A stretch of 64,000 bases of DNA. Origin: Sporopachydermia quercuum (Eukaryota). Both the position numbers and the translations under genes were made by a program. Positions 1 through 12,700 of this stretch are shown here, in pieces (positions within the stretch are counted from its first letter, which is position 1; every line of letters starts with the position of its first letter). The notes under the pieces were generated by a model. That model ran no database searches. It was not told where the DNA came from and saw only the letters and a list, made by a program, of their open reading frames with translations. Location: contig BCGN01000001.1 in the NCBI GenBank assembly GCA_001599295.1, positions 248,001-312,000 of the forward strand. The letters are read 5' to 3'.

Positions 1-333
1 ATTCCTCGTTTTTTTTATTGCTATAATTCATAACTTAAGCGGATATGTCGTTTTGAACCAATACGGTAATACTAACCCAAAGTTGCGGCCAACTCTAAAA
101 TACTTCGCCATAAATGGAAAATGCATGTAATACTCTGTATGTGATACATAATTATGCATGTAAATCGCATGTGCTTTCCTATTTTGGATTTATTACCAAA
201 CTAACAGTTTTCTTCGGTTCTTTAATCAAGTTATTGTATATTATAGTTGAATATCAAACAGTAAGTATAATCTAAATAGCAACCCTATTTACGGTAGGCT
301 TAAACAAAGTATAATATCTCAGCTATTTCTAAG

Positions 334-2113
334 CTATTGAACCAAGGCCAACAAGGTCTTGCCATCTCTATACAAAGTACAAGTTTCGAGATCAACTATG
401 TTTGCCAGAACTTGTAGAATTTCAATACTCCAATCACCTTTACAAAGATTGAAAACATGAGGACATTCTTCTTTTAAACTAGGTAAAAGTTCTGAATGCA
501 TTTCAGCAATTGAATCATCAATTTGAATACCAAAAATCGCCATAATGTGAACAGGAAGCGTATCACTGAAGATCCATTCATATACTGCAAGATCAAGCTC
601 ACTATGATTCATAGCAACAAGAAGAAACAATAAAAATACTTGTTCTTCATAACCAGATTCTTGTAGAGCTTGAATATCAGCAGTACCAAAACATCTTTCA
701 ACGGCTTTACAAAATTCTGGAGATAGCTCAAATGCATTCTCAAGAGTAAACACGGCATCCCTATTGGATTCTGCCAAAAGATGCAATTCTTTCTTCAATA
801 CCATTGATGTCATGTCAAGGATCTCAACTTGAGATTTTCTGTACATCATAACACATTTTTGCTTGAAATTTGATGGCTCGGGAAGATTATAATCCAATAA
901 CTTCTGTCTCTTCAATGATAATGAAACAAGCAAGTTGTACAAGCCTTGTAACTGACATCTAAGTCTCATATAATCCTCAGTGGGAGACCTCGTAGCCGTT
1001 ACTTGAAAAGCTTGCTTGAGTTTATCAAATTTGGGTTCATTTCTGGTGATATAGAATATTTGATCCTCGGTTATTTCAATACCTTTGGTTCTAGCGTACT
1101 GAAAAATAGACTCTGGAATGTGAATTTTCAATGCAACTTGATCACCAATGTTGTTTTCCAGACAGAAGCCATATCCCATCAATAATTCTTCATTGCCCTT
1201 CGCACCATAGTTATTATATATCTCAATGTTTGGTCCTGCCACTTCAGCGCCATAAATATACTTAAACTTACCCAATTCCTCAGTATTCCAGTTGACTTTG
1301 GTCAATGGATAGTGATTGGTGGCATCAGCAATAGGAATCAACATGGCCTGTCCAACACCTTCTTCATCGTGGAATGAAATATAAGAAGGGAACGACCTAG
1401 AAGTGAAGATTGTACTAGCCCACTTATACAAATCCCATGTAATTGGGTATTTGTTTTTGAACTCTTCGCTTAAATGCTTATTCTCCATAGCTTCTTTAAA
1501 TTCATTTTCCCAATAGGTTTTTCTGGCGGCAATAGATTCATTAATATTAGTACCAACCAGAAATTTCATATCATCTTCGTTGAAATAAAAAGGAGTAGTT
1601 AACTCGTCTTCTTTTGGTAAAGTATCAATGTAAGGGGCCCAAAAACTATTGAGTCCCTCTAAACGCTGGACAACTAGGAACAACTTCAAAGCAATTTTTT
1701 TGTCTGACAACGATTGCATGAATTGATCGGTGAAGTACTTGAATTCTTTGAATCTCCTATTGGTTATATGAAAAAGAATATCATTAGGAATTGTCATTAG
1801 ATTCGTATCGGCAGGGAATGCTTCACTTGAAACCAAAGTAGATCCTGCATCACCTTCTGTAGCAAATATTTCATATTAGTATTTCAGTCGTAAAAGAATC
1901 TTCTTAGATCAATTCAAATTAACTAGATAATCGACAATATATGATACACCCATAACAGGGTACCATGCTTCATCTATCACAACGAAATCAAATTCCTAAT
2001 AGCATACTTTTTATGAATTTCACTTTTGGCGATAACTCAGCGCCATATTTTGCTGCCCACTCTACTAGCCTCTCGAGCTTTTCATCCTTTGGATAGGTTC
2101 CATCGATAATCAT
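334..2113 (-). CDS. SET-domain protein-lysine methyltransferase (Rkm1/Efm1/SETD3-like), 2 exons
   Basis: Motifs WAPYIDTLP, WASTIFTSRSF, PIADATNH, NNYGAKGNEELLMGYGF. Exon 1 2113-2008 (MIIDGTYPKDEKLERLVEWAAKYGAELSPKVKFIK), intron 2007-1857 (GTATGC...TACTAAT...CAG), exon 2 1856-334 in frame with the listed ORF. Confidence 0.88.
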
Positions 2114-3167
2114 TGTTCACCAAGATGCCCAATAATACTAATCTTTCTAACTCAATCATTAACCACTCGTTGATTCTTCCTTTGTATGTATGTTATTAAA
2201 TAAGAGGTATTAGTTAATAATTGATTCTCTAATTTTAATTAATTCGTTTGATATGTATAGTTCAGTTCAATACTTAATTATTAAATTATTGTGGGTTGGT
2301 CATTCAATAGAGAAGTAAATACAAGGAAAAGTAACTGTAGAAGGATAACTCATCTCATAAGAATGAAAATTTTATACTGAAAAGAACTGAGAGTGAAAAA
2401 TGCACATACTTAAGGGACAATGAAATGGCATAACTAGTTGCTGTCCGAAACGAAGAAATAATCCGAAAGAAGATTTTAAAGTTTAACGAAACTTATTACC
2501 ATTTGAAGTAATAAATAAGATTGAAAATAAAGTTTAAGCAGAGCTAAAGTTGAAGTTTATTTCAGAGCGAAATTGACGGACAATTGGTATCTAACGGTGA
2601 TTCTATAGTGATTTTATTGGTAATTGAATAACCATTGATGAATAACTTTCCTGTTGAACTTTCAGATAAAACAGTAAAAGCAAATATCTCTATTTAGACA
2701 TTTCATTAGAGTCAATGGACGGCCTCTTCGCAATTCCCAAGTACGAATCATTTTCCGAGCATATTGTCCATTCTCATCTTGCGCTCTCTTGTCATTTTAC
2801 CAACCGGCCCATACCGTAACTTAAACTCATAATATTCTTTGGCAAATAATCTCTCGTATTCCCCTATTGTTCTCAAAGCGATTATAGTATCACGTAATTC
2901 TTTTTTCTTTCCATCTCTTTTCTCATCTTGTTGATGTCGCTTAACAGAATGATAAACAATACAATTATGCTATTTTCTCTCCCACGCAGTCGACAGCTTG
3001 TTGCTTTTTATTAGAAGAGTGCAACAAGTATATATTATTATCTGGTAAAAAGTAGATTGTTTGGATCTAAATAGCGGGTTCTTATTCTGCAAATGATTAC
3101 ATTGAAATACTAAGCTGCAGTTTTACTGCATTATTATACTATTATTATTAGTACTATCATCATCTCA

Positions 3168-6100
3168 ATGACAGCTATGTTTAACGAATGGTGTAAAGTA
3201 GAATGCGCTGCTTATACGGAAGTACTTGACTCCTCTCTTTTCGATCAATACAATACAACTCTGAACATCCCGCAAAACTCACTCAACCTTGCTGAAAATT
3301 ACGAAGCAATTCGTCCTAAAGAAAAAGATGAACCTGATACCTTAACAAGCTTCTCCACTATCAACGTTGTTCGCTCTGAAGGCCCTGAAAACACACTTAT
3401 CACTCGCAGACTTCGTTGTTGGCTAAACAAATGGTTTGCTTTCACTCATGAGGAATGGAATAATTGGATTGAGGATGAACTGAAGTTTATTGATTTCGAT
3501 ATGAAGGCTGTTCCTGAACTTAAGATCAGTATAGATGATGAAGTGTTAGTTGAAAGGATTCGGAACATTTATCTAAAACCTTTGAATGCAATATTACAAG
3601 CATACATTGTGGAGCATCCTACCTGGAAATGTATGGTAAAAGCACTAGAAACTGCCGTTTTCCTTTTTGATTATTTCATACCAGAAGATATAAGAGAGGC
3701 CCAAGTATTCGGAGAGAAAACGTCAAGCTTGGGAATGTATTTGTATGAAAATATCTTTCGCTTATATCGACAAGCTCAGGATGTATGTTTACTTGATGTG
3801 GCACATTTCCAGAATGTTTTTGATGTACTGATAGAGTTTTTAAACCGGTTTGAAGCACCTGATTGCGGAACCAAGAAAAAAATGCAGCAGATATATTTAG
3901 AACGGTTGATGAGTGTTCATATGCAAATAGATGAGACGTTCTCACAATATTCCAGTTTTGTATCCCGATTGTTCAAGCCGAGGTATGAGATTGAAATGGC
4001 CACAGTTAGTAAGAAACTAACGGCCGTTAGAAATATGCTCAAATTTTTTGAGCCATTTGAGGAGGAGTTAACTGGGTTGGAACGTCCGAAAGGAAACAAT
4101 GGTCTTAATCACGGAACAGATAATGTTTTGGAAGTTTTTGATAAGTATATCTCCAAATTGAAACATCGGCTGATGAAACTTAAACTAAAGAAAGAGGCTA
4201 ATGTTGGACAAATAATCGAAACTGTGAAAAGAATCTTCATATTATATGAGCGAGCATTAGAACAAGCCCCTAATAATGAGAGCCTATGGTTAAACTATAT
4301 CTGTTTTGCATTTGATTTCTACGAAGAATATAGGACGAAAACAGAAGCGGAAACGGAAGCGGAAGGGTACAAGAAACAACTTGTGTGGCTTGTTGATCGT
4401 GGGGTAAAGTTTATTCCTAAGGGTTTAGGTATATGGAAGATGTATTTCCGAACAATAGACGCGCTTGAGATGAATTCTGAATTTTCTGATAAGTTAGGTA
4501 CAATAGACGGAATAGCCACACTTAATCAATTCGATATAATTTCTTCACAATTCATTAGCGAAAACCCACAGCTTTATTTACAGTGGAAAGACGTTAAGCT
4601 TGCTTATTTCAACATTATGCTTAAAAAGATCAACAGTGGGAACATTGCTTACATGGAATCTTTGCTTAAAGATACAATCTCCACTTACCAGTTTATAGTG
4701 GAGTTCGATGGAGCCAGAGCTGATTATTTCCTTACATTAGAGAAGTTTATACTCAAGGTTCATACAGCATTCGATGATGTGGCAAATACGCGGGAAATGT
4801 ACCAAAAACTATTGCAGGGTAAGCGGAAGCATGAGTCAGAAGCTTGGTTAATGTGGGCCAACTGGGAGCAGCAAAATGGTGATAATATGGAAGTGAATAA
4901 TGTCTACCAGCGGGCGATACGAGTTAGGCCGATAGATTGGCATGAGAGAGTACAAGAAGATTACCAGTTGTGGATACCGGAAGGGTTACATGGTGGGGCA
5001 GTGTTGCGTGCGGAGTCCCTTTGTTGGAGAATGAGAGCAGGACCTGGATTAGGAAGTGAAAGTGGTGGAGTAGCAGAAGAAAAAATAGGCCAAAAGGCAG
5101 ATGTGAAAGATGACCCGGAAATAAGTGAGGACAGAGTAATGAAAGAACCACAAAGTGGTGAGGCAACGGAAGAATCTGAAGAAAGACAAGTCTTAAAACG
5201 AACAGCAGATGAGATGAATGAGAGCATGCCGATACTTTCCGATACTATCACAAACACTTCGACTGTTTCCTCTTCGATTGCTACTTCCGATCCCACTACC
5301 GATCTGCCAGCTAAGAAACTTAAACTCAAACAAACACCTACACGTGATCGGGAACACTGTTCGGTAATCGTATCCAATATCCCCTCTGATTGTTCCGTAG
5401 AATCAATCAGAGAATTGTTCTCCGAGTGCGGAGAAATTAATGAAGTTTCTCTGCTCATTCCGGGTTATGCCGCGGTAGAATTCAAAGACAAAGCACAGGT
5501 TTACCCTGCATTAACTAAGACTTACAAACAATTATGTGGATCTGAAATAGTGGTATCTAAAGCCGAAGATACAACTGTGTTTGTAACAAATTTCTCGCCT
5601 GAAATTACCTCAAATTTCCTCCGCAATTTTTTCTCTAAAGCTGGGACTGTCTTAAATGTCAGATTACCCAGTAATTTCAGCTCTACACGGAGGTTTGCAT
5701 ACATACAGTTTTCTTCAGCTAAAGAAGCCGAAACCGCAGTGGAAATATTCAATGGAATCTTAATTGATCCAAAAGATAAGTTTAAGCTTGTAGTTAAAAT
5801 ATCCGATCCTGAAGCGAAACTTAAACGCCGGAAAGACCCGGAGATTTATGTCCGAGGGTTGGACTTTTTTAAGGTTAATGAAGAGAAACTTCGGGAAGTT
5901 TTTTCCGAATTTGGTGAAATAAGCGGAATAAGCTTAGCTCGGCATGATGACCGAAACAAGAAGTTACCGAGAAAGAGATTGCATGACGGATATGCCTTTA
6001 TTAGATATACAGAAAAGCAAGCTGCAGATAATGCATTGAAATTGAATGGAACTACGCTAGCTGATAAAACAATTGGAGTTTTGTCATCGGAAACAAAGGT

Positions 6101-6689
6101 AAAATCGATTGGGGGAAATAAGCGGAAGCCACCAGAACAGGAACGGAATCCAGATAAGGGAAAAGAAAAGCAAGGCAAAACGATTAGAGTTGATAATCTA
6201 CCGGAGATTACTGAGGCAGAACTTATAAATCATTTTAACTGTTATGGAGTAATCAAGAAAATTAGTCTTGAAACAGCAGGAAGAGCGAGAGTTGAATTTG
6301 AAAGCGGAAATGGTGCGGTTAAGGCAGTCGTTGGAAGTAATGAGTCAGTAATTAGAGGAAATAAAATTGTGGCTAAGTTAGATTCTGAAGGATTAGCCCG
6401 GAGTAGAACAACTATGATTCCACCAGCACTAAGAAGAAAGAAAATCGGAGTTGTAAATAAAGTAATAGAAGCAACTTGGAATGATGGCAAAGACGGATTA
6501 TTTAGATCGAACGGGGCACTAGGAAGTACCGAACGGAATTTGGGTGGCATTGAAGGTTTGAAACCTAGAGTTTTGGACTCTCAAGAAGCATTCAAAGCAG
6601 AAGACAATTTAGATGGGCCACAACCACAGGAATCAGCAAACCCTCTGAAATCCAATGATGATTTCCGAAAATTGTTAGGTTTGAAGTGA
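3168..6689 (+). CDS. PRP24: U4/U6 snRNP recycling factor Prp24/SART3 (HAT repeats + RRMs + Lsm-binding tail)
   Basis: HAT-like repeats (LYERALEQAPNNESLWLNY, EAWLMWANWEQQNG), four RRM-like segments (VIVSNIP, VFVTNFS/RFAYIQF, IYVRGLD/GYAFIRY, IRVDNLP) and the C-terminal SNDDFRKLL motif. Neighbourhood with PPA2/RSN1 matches S. cerevisiae. Confidence 0.9.
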   Translation: MTAMFNEWCKVECAAYTEVLDSSLFDQYNTTLNIPQNSLNLAENYEAIRPKEKDEPDTLTSFSTINVVRSEGPENTLITRRLRCWLNKWFAFTHEEWNNWIEDELKFIDFDMKAVPELKISIDDEVLVERIRNIYLKPLNAILQAYIVEHPTWKCMVKALETAVFLFDYFIPEDIREAQVFGEKTSSLGMYLYENIFRLYRQAQDVCLLDVAHFQNVFDVLIEFLNRFEAPDCGTKKKMQQIYLERLMSVHMQIDETFSQYSSFVSRLFKPRYEIEMATVSKKLTAVRNMLKFFEPFEEELTGLERPKGNNGLNHGTDNVLEVFDKYISKLKHRLMKLKLKKEANVGQIIETVKRIFILYERALEQAPNNESLWLNYICFAFDFYEEYRTKTEAETEAEGYKKQLVWLVDRGVKFIPKGLGIWKMYFRTIDALEMNSEFSDKLGTIDGIATLNQFDIISSQFISENPQLYLQWKDVKLAYFNIMLKKINSGNIAYMESLLKDTISTYQFIVEFDGARADYFLTLEKFILKVHTAFDDVANTREMYQKLLQGKRKHESEAWLMWANWEQQNGDNMEVNNVYQRAIRVRPIDWHERVQEDYQLWIPEGLHGGAVLRAESLCWRMRAGPGLGSESGGVAEEKIGQKADVKDDPEISEDRVMKEPQSGEATEESEERQVLKRTADEMNESMPILSDTITNTSTVSSSIATSDPTTDLPAKKLKLKQTPTRDREHCSVIVSNIPSDCSVESIRELFSECGEINEVSLLIPGYAAVEFKDKAQVYPALTKTYKQLCGSEIVVSKAEDTTVFVTNFSPEITSNFLRNFFSKAGTVLNVRLPSNFSSTRRFAYIQFSSAKEAETAVEIFNGILIDPKDKFKLVVKISDPEAKLKRRKDPEIYVRGLDFFKVNEEKLREVFSEFGEISGISLARHDDRNKKLPRKRLHDGYAFIRYTEKQAADNALKLNGTTLADKTIGVLSSETKVKSIGGNKRKPPEQERNPDKGKEKQGKTIRVDNLPEITEAELINHFNCYGVIKKISLETAGRARVEFESGNGAVKAVVGSNESVIRGNKIVAKLDSEGLARSRTTMIPPALRRKKIGVVNKVIEATWNDGKDGLFRSNGALGSTERNLGGIEGLKPRVLDSQEAFKAEDNLDGPQPQESANPLKSNDDFRKLLGLK

Positions 6690-7472
6690 TATTTCTGGAG
6701 TTCAGTATTTTGTTTCACGCTTTGGCGCTGTTAAAACTTAGACTTCATATAAGCTCAAATTTGAGTTTTCGTGGGGAAAAGCATAAATAGTAGCACAAAA
6801 CTATCACATATTCCTCTGTAATGTGTGACCTTTTATTCGATTGAGCAGTGTATTATATATAGTGAACTATGTAAAGTTTTTGATACTACAAAATTCTTTA
6901 GGAGGGTGAAATCTGTATCTGACAGTGGAAAAAATGAATGGATAGCAAAATAATAGTCAAGTGGAAGTATTACAACTTCGTCGCAGAGATGATTTACTCA
7001 AGCCTTAACTGAACATTTGATACCTAAAAAGTATTGAGAGTTCCTAGTATTAATTCCGTTATTTGATTATGATAATTTTTCAGCGTCATTTGACTGAAAA
7101 TGAAATCTTTCTATGCAAAATTCACGGTAATATAGTCGTAGTTTGTAGCAACAGTACTTCAGCAAGAAAATAGAATGCTAGTAACCAACGATTTTTCTGG
7201 GTTAGCTAAATGGAGAACTCAAGCTTCAGTATCCTTCGTAGAATGAATAACCCTAGAACGTTCAAATGGGCTGCTGTTAATAAAGAAAAATTTTTTAATT
7301 AACAATGTCTAAGAAATCTTTTACTCAATGCATTATCAATTAATTCAATCTTTTCAACAACAAATATTCATGTTATCATCAGTTAGTTACCTTTCTGCGA
7401 GTTCGCATAATTTTTTCAATCACGTAACCAATAAATTAATCTTATCTCAAACTTTAATCTTTTCTTTTTCAT

Positions 7473-7810
7473 CCCCACGCTTTTCCCTCAATTGCTAATA
7501 TTCCTCAGAATAACGACCAATTATATCATCGAATCAACATTTTATAGGCCGTTGATGCAGTAAGAAATAAAATTATCTACGAAATATCGGCAAAAGCTAT
7601 TGTGAAATTCTCCATTAAAATAGACCATCGATAGAGACAGAAACAACTGTGGGGCTAAATAAAATCCATGGGGAGAGATATCCATGAATACAGCTACAAC
7701 CGCAATAGAAACACGATCCTCTTCAAGAACTATAATTATATGTCGTAAGCGTATGCATAGTTCTTATAACTAAACAACTGGAACAATATATTTTCGTTTC
7801 CAAATATAAA
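7473..7810 (+). promoter_or_regulatory. Putative promoter of the aldo-keto reductase: Mig1/CreA-type GC boxes and TATA
   Basis: CCCCAC 7473-7478, GTGGGG 7649-7654, TATAAA 7805-7810. Short motifs; function inferred. Confidence 0.3.
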
Positions 7811-7953
7811 TGATCCTGTTTCGCCACATATTTCATTTTTCATATTTTCTCTGGGTCACAGTTCAATTTCTTGATTGATTGCTTTGATTTGAGCAACTAA
7901 AGATACATTCGTCGTAGTTAAGTTTAGTTCTTCATATAATTCAAAGCGTTAAA

Positions 7954-8883
7954 ATGACTGATAAATACGTTACTTTAAATACTGGTGCAAAAATTCCAGC
8001 CATTGGTTTAGGAACCTGGACTTCAGAAGATCCCGAAACTGTTGAATCTGCTGTTGAATATGCCTTGACTGAAGCAGGTTACAGGCACATTGACACTGCT
8101 TTCATTTATAAGAATGAGGAACAAGTAGGAGCAGCTCTCAAGAAAGCATTTGCCAAGGGATTGAAGAGAGAAGATGTTTTTGTCACTACAAAACTTTGGG
8201 GAACTTTCCAAGATCGACCTGAAGCCAATTTAGATATTTCATTGAAGAAATTAGGACTTGATTACGTAGATTTATATCTCGTCCATTGGCCAGTTCCTCT
8301 TAACTCTCAAGGTAGAGATGATCCATTCGTTCCTCTGAAAGAAGATGGTTCGAGAGATCTCAAAACTAACTGGAGCTATATTGACACATGGAAAGAAGTT
8401 GAAAAATTGATTGGCACTGGAAAGACAAAAGCAATTGGCGTGTCTAACTTATCTATCCCATTTCTTGAAGCTTTATTAGCGGAAGCTAAAATCGTTCCTG
8501 CTGTTAATCAAATAGAATTACATCCTTTACTTCCTCAGCCAGAATTAGTGAAATTCTGTGAAGACCATGGAATTGTGGTTGAAGCTTATTCGCCTTTAGG
8601 ATCAGCTGGAGGGCCATTGTTGAAAAATAAGTCTATTTTGAAGATTGCTGAAAGCCATGGTGTTTCTCCAGCTACAATATTGATTTCATATCATGTCAGC
8701 TCTGGCAGAGTCACTTTACCAAAATCTGTCACCCACAAGAGAATTGAAGATAATGCCAAAGTTGTTGATTTGTTACCTGAAGATATTAAGGTGTTAGATA
8801 ATGTGCATAAGACTGAAGGTATTCATAGATTTACTAAGCCTAATTGGGGTGTTGATCTTAAGTTCCCTGATTGGAAGACCTAA
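7954..8883 (+). CDS. NADPH-dependent aldo-keto reductase (Gcy1/Ypr1-like)
   Basis: IPAIGLGTW, GYRHIDTA, REDVFVTTKLW, LDYVDLYLVHWP, KAIGVSN, NQIELHP, LPKS motifs. Confidence 0.95.
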   Translation: MTDKYVTLNTGAKIPAIGLGTWTSEDPETVESAVEYALTEAGYRHIDTAFIYKNEEQVGAALKKAFAKGLKREDVFVTTKLWGTFQDRPEANLDISLKKLGLDYVDLYLVHWPVPLNSQGRDDPFVPLKEDGSRDLKTNWSYIDTWKEVEKLIGTGKTKAIGVSNLSIPFLEALLAEAKIVPAVNQIELHPLLPQPELVKFCEDHGIVVEAYSPLGSAGGPLLKNKSILKIAESHGVSPATILISYHVSSGRVTLPKSVTHKRIEDNAKVVDLLPEDIKVLDNVHKTEGIHRFTKPNWGVDLKFPDWKT

Positions 8884-9414
8884 GTGCCCAGAATGTTGTA
8901 TACGTTAGTTAACTTGTAAAAGGGTAAAACATTAGAATAAAGAGAATAATGAAGAATAAAAGATAACTGTAGTGCCAAATATTTTCGCCACGTTCGAAAG
9001 AGAGCATTGCTTTGTGATTCATCACTTCTATCGAACTTTTTACAAAGCTTTTTTTGATGTCGCCGCCCGTTAGATTTGTCGACATATTAACGATCTATTG
9101 CTTTTGTTCACAGTATGATTATATGATTACTGCGACCTGATTGGTTTACCTAGATAAATATCAGAAGCATAAATGTCATTTAATGTATTTGTGATAACTA
9201 ATTTGTTGGACATCGCTGTTTCCGCTGCTAATTATGGAATACTGTTTTTGTTTTTGTTCTGTTTGTAGTTAATAGTATGAAAAACATCGACTATAGCTCC
9301 CCTTAGCCTCACATACAATAATCAATCTTTTACGCCTAAATGCTCAGAAAAGGAATATGATTTATCATTATAAGTCATATCCCTACATGGCAGAATCGTA
9401 GCATGTGCACAAAT

Positions 9415-9442
9415 AGGTTATTCAAAAGGTTATTCAAAAGGT
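9415..9442 (+). repeat. Short tandem duplication (AGGTTATTCAAA)x2.3
   Basis: aggttattcaaa aggttattcaaa aggt read directly from the sequence. Confidence 0.8.
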
Positions 9443-9705
9443 CATCGTCCACAACATATTCTTCTCAGCTACAACCATTACATAGTAGCCATGAGAAGGT
9501 ATCCCACAATTGATTACGATATATATGAAATAGTAACATCTGTATTAGAACAACTGTATGTATCAACGCAATTCTCTTCTTGTCTATTTATATCAGAAGA
9601 AAAACTTTGATTATTATAACGAGTATGATTTACTTATATGCGGGAAAATGGTAATTTCCCACTAACTTATTCATTCGTCTAGTAGCATGTATAATGCTGG
9701 GTGTT

Positions 9706-12700
9706 TTAGTTATTCTTACCAGCAACCAAAACATCCTTTACTAAAATCAATTCTTTCATAACTGTTTCCACCAACGCATTTATTTCTTGCGATTTACAGT
9801 ACTGTGCCATTATTAATCTTTCTTCCTTACTGACGGCTTTAACGCACTCTGCCAACCTCGTAGGTCTGTTGATCAAGAAATTGACATTGTTCAAAATCAA
9901 AGCACGATAGCTTTGATTGCTTCCACTTCCAGTGGTAATCTTGACTTCCTGGCTATCCAAATACATAGCTAGAACCATTTCAACTTCAGTAGCTTGTTTG
10001 CCATCATATTTACGGTTTTCATGCCCATTTCGCAACACTTCAAACAATACTATCAGTTGTACAAGCTCTTCAGTGCTAGTATACGTAATCACACTAGTGG
10101 CTAGTGATTTGGTGGACCAGAATCTGAAAACATCTCGGATATGCCGAGCATAAAACTTAAGGAAAATTGTAACTTCAGCAGTTATTCTTGTTCCAAAGTG
10201 TTCCACCATTGTCAATACTATGGGAAGGACACCCTTAGCCCAACATTTATGTATCCCAGAACTACTAGAGGAGAGGATTTCTGTGCTCTGTCTAATTTGC
10301 AAACATATGGGCGCAGTCACCAAAAGAAAGAACAAGTTCTTGGTTAGGAAAGATTCGACTAAAGGTTCAGCTTGAACCAATTCTGAGATAATTCGGAACA
10401 CAGCTTCAGTGCATTCTACTCGCAATTCTCGTTCGCGTTCTGCTTCCGCTTCTGCTTCTGTTTCCAACGGTTCTGTCATCGGTGGCTCAGGTACACAGTT
10501 GAATATAAACTCTAGCAAAGCCACATCCGTTTCTGACTTCTGGATCACTGAGGTCAATTGTAACTGAAACTCTCGGCTTGGATTCAATTTCAGGACTAGA
10601 TTTATAATAGCAGAAACTTGCTTTAAATCTTCTTGTAATCCTAATAAATGATGTGTCTGATCAGCCGAATGTCCAATCAAATGTCGGACTAATCTGCACA
10701 AAAAAATATCCAATACCGAGAGCAAAGATGCCGAAATTCCGGCAGGAAATCCTGGTTTACGTTCTGATTCTTGAAAATAATTAAGCAATAGTAATACTAT
10801 TCGTATTAATGGTCGATAAAATGAGGAATCGAAAAGCCGGGCTGTTTGCTCTGATCCTGCACTTCCCCTATGTTGAATTAACAACTGTGCAACCTTATTG
10901 AAAGCCTCCTCTCCGTTTATGGTAATTCCTTGCCTCAAAAAAGTATAATACACTAGAAATGCAAGATTTAGCCCCTCCGGTTGTTCAGATCGCAAAGCAA
11001 TCTGTGCCACACTTTCAAGAGATCTAAGAACTACAGGGGATGACTCAGGGCTGGTTTTACCAACGGTTAATACTAAAGCAATAACGAAACATATCCACGA
11101 TTGGCCAAGACAATCATTTGCATGTCTTTGAAGCTTATTCAGATTCCTCTTCACGGCTAGTTCCCGGAACTTATCATGCCATTGCCGGTCCTGTTCCGAA
11201 TCCAACATAAAAATTATATCTAAAAGCTCAATAAAGCTAGAATAGCGGGCATTATACCGAGGCCACAGTAATCTGGAAGATGTAAGCATCGGAAGGGGTA
11301 TTTGCAGAAACGAGCCCAGCTCTTTTTCAATTCCGATCTCTTTCTCGGCAGGAAGCTCAGACAAAAACTGCCGGGAATAATCGGAAAGAAGCGAATTTTC
11401 CTCACCAAGGAAGTTTTTGATGATAAGTTCTTTTTGGGAGGAATTCTTCTTACTGCGCTTCCGAAGGGTCAAAGCTAAAATCTCCATGGCTTTTCCAGCA
11501 ACAAGATGCCGGTAACTTCCGTTCACTGCTTTCTCAATATCAACAGTATCTTTTACTCCAAAAACTACTGTATCTTTAGCTTCAGCTTGGCTTTCGGAGA
11601 TTATTTTCAATAATTCCGTTATAAAATCATCTTCAGTTGTATTTATTTCTGTGGAAGTAACTGCTATGGCCGAGAGCAGCTCTAATTTATAGTCGGAAGG
11701 ATACTGTGAAAGCCGAGAAGCGGAATTCACCAAAGCTCCAATAAATCCCGAGTCAGAATTCCCCCGCAACAACTTCATTACAAGCCCTTGTTGCTGACCT
11801 TGGAATAAACTAGAAAAGAAGCGACATACACATGATTTGACTTTGTAGTCGCACAAATCGTTACGGATTGTGATAATCAGCTGTGCTACAAACACTTGGG
11901 CTTCAGCTTTCAAATGTGCTAACAATGACGGAGTTTCCAATCCAGATCCTGAAGTATATTCGGCAGTAACTAAAGCTGAAAATAAATTGGCAACAGCNTC
12001 CCGAAGCTCGGGATATTTAATATATAACCCAATAAGCTCTCGGGGTCTTGCAAATAGCTCGGAGATCATTGGAGATTCGATCGGAATCGGTCTCGTTCGG
12101 ATTAATGCAGTACTCAACCTTAAACACGATTGTAACCATAGACGGGACCATATCCCTAAATTATCAGAAGAATCCGGATGGGCAAACCAAAGCTCTGCAC
12201 CGGAGTCTATCGGCACAAGTATTGCAGAAAGACATGTGATATCGCTAGCTTTAGGGCCAACAAAAGCGGAAACGATATCATCTCCAGCCCCGGCAAGTAT
12301 TCTAACCCTTTCCATTTTATACGCATTTTCGGCGTCAGTACCATAAGATACATGTAAGACCTTACGCAGAACTTTAATCATCCGACATCCCACCCGAAGT
12401 TTCCGATAATATTTCCCTTTAGCTTCAACCCTCCAATAAGAGAAACCTTCCAACATGCGTAACACTTGTCCAACAAACTGACCGGCAAGATCCTCCCGAA
12501 CTATTAGATTATATCTTTCTTCTTCCCCTCTTAGAACAGCATACCAAGTTCGGATACACGAATCCACAAGAGCGTCACAAAGATCTAATAGGGACTCTGT
12601 GAAAGCGAAATCTGCTTCGGCCATTTCTCGGCTTCGGAAAATGACTTCTGCTATTCCAACGGCACCATTACCGGGGAAAATACCACTTCTGGATAAATAC

